From: Leucoraja erinacea
Taxonomy: Eukaryota
NCBI RefSeq assembly: GCF_028641065.1
Contig: NC_073412.1
Span: 5,084,001 to 5,148,000 of the forward strand
Direction: 5' to 3'
Length of the DNA stretch: 64,000 nt
The notes under the pieces were generated by a model that was not told where the DNA came from, made no database searches, and worked only from the letters and a program-made list of their open reading frames with translations. Both the position numbers and the translations under genes were made by a program. Positions 63,957-64,000 of this stretch are shown here, piece after piece. Every line of letters begins with the position of its first letter. Within the stretch, counting starts at the first letter, position 1.

Positions 63957-64000
63957 ACACATAATAATAATAACTTTATTTAAAGAGCACTTTAAAAACA

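Overview
Vertebrate nuclear DNA, not prokaryotic. The repeat landscape (CR1 3' ends, tRNA-derived V-SINE/HE1-like SINEs, Penelope-derived repeats) points to a cartilaginous fish, probably a skate or ray (inference). I reconstructed two complete intron-containing genes by hand. MPI is on the minus strand (8 exons, 27842->10208, 419 aa, with a GC-AG intron 3). SCAMP2 is on the plus strand (9 exons, 31645->54924, 333 aa), head-to-head with MPI. The window also holds the first coding exon of ULK3 (62823-62921) and a probable first exon of an unidentified minus-strand gene (~3268-3325). MPI-SCAMP2-ULK3 matches the human 15q24 order. The most notable non-genic structures are: (1) a ~740-bp almost fully palindromic non-coding element with GGG...CCC ends and 4-bp TSDs, present as two full copies and one chimeric partial copy, possibly a Sola2-like foldback transposon; (2) a minimal hammerhead-ribozyme-like motif in the very abundant Penelope-derived repeats, often in inverted pairs; (3) a ~215-bp palindromic MITE family; (4) several local duplications and templated patchwork insertions around the MPI/SCAMP2 promoters. 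Most long ORFs in the supplied track are artefacts of minisatellites or TE fragments.
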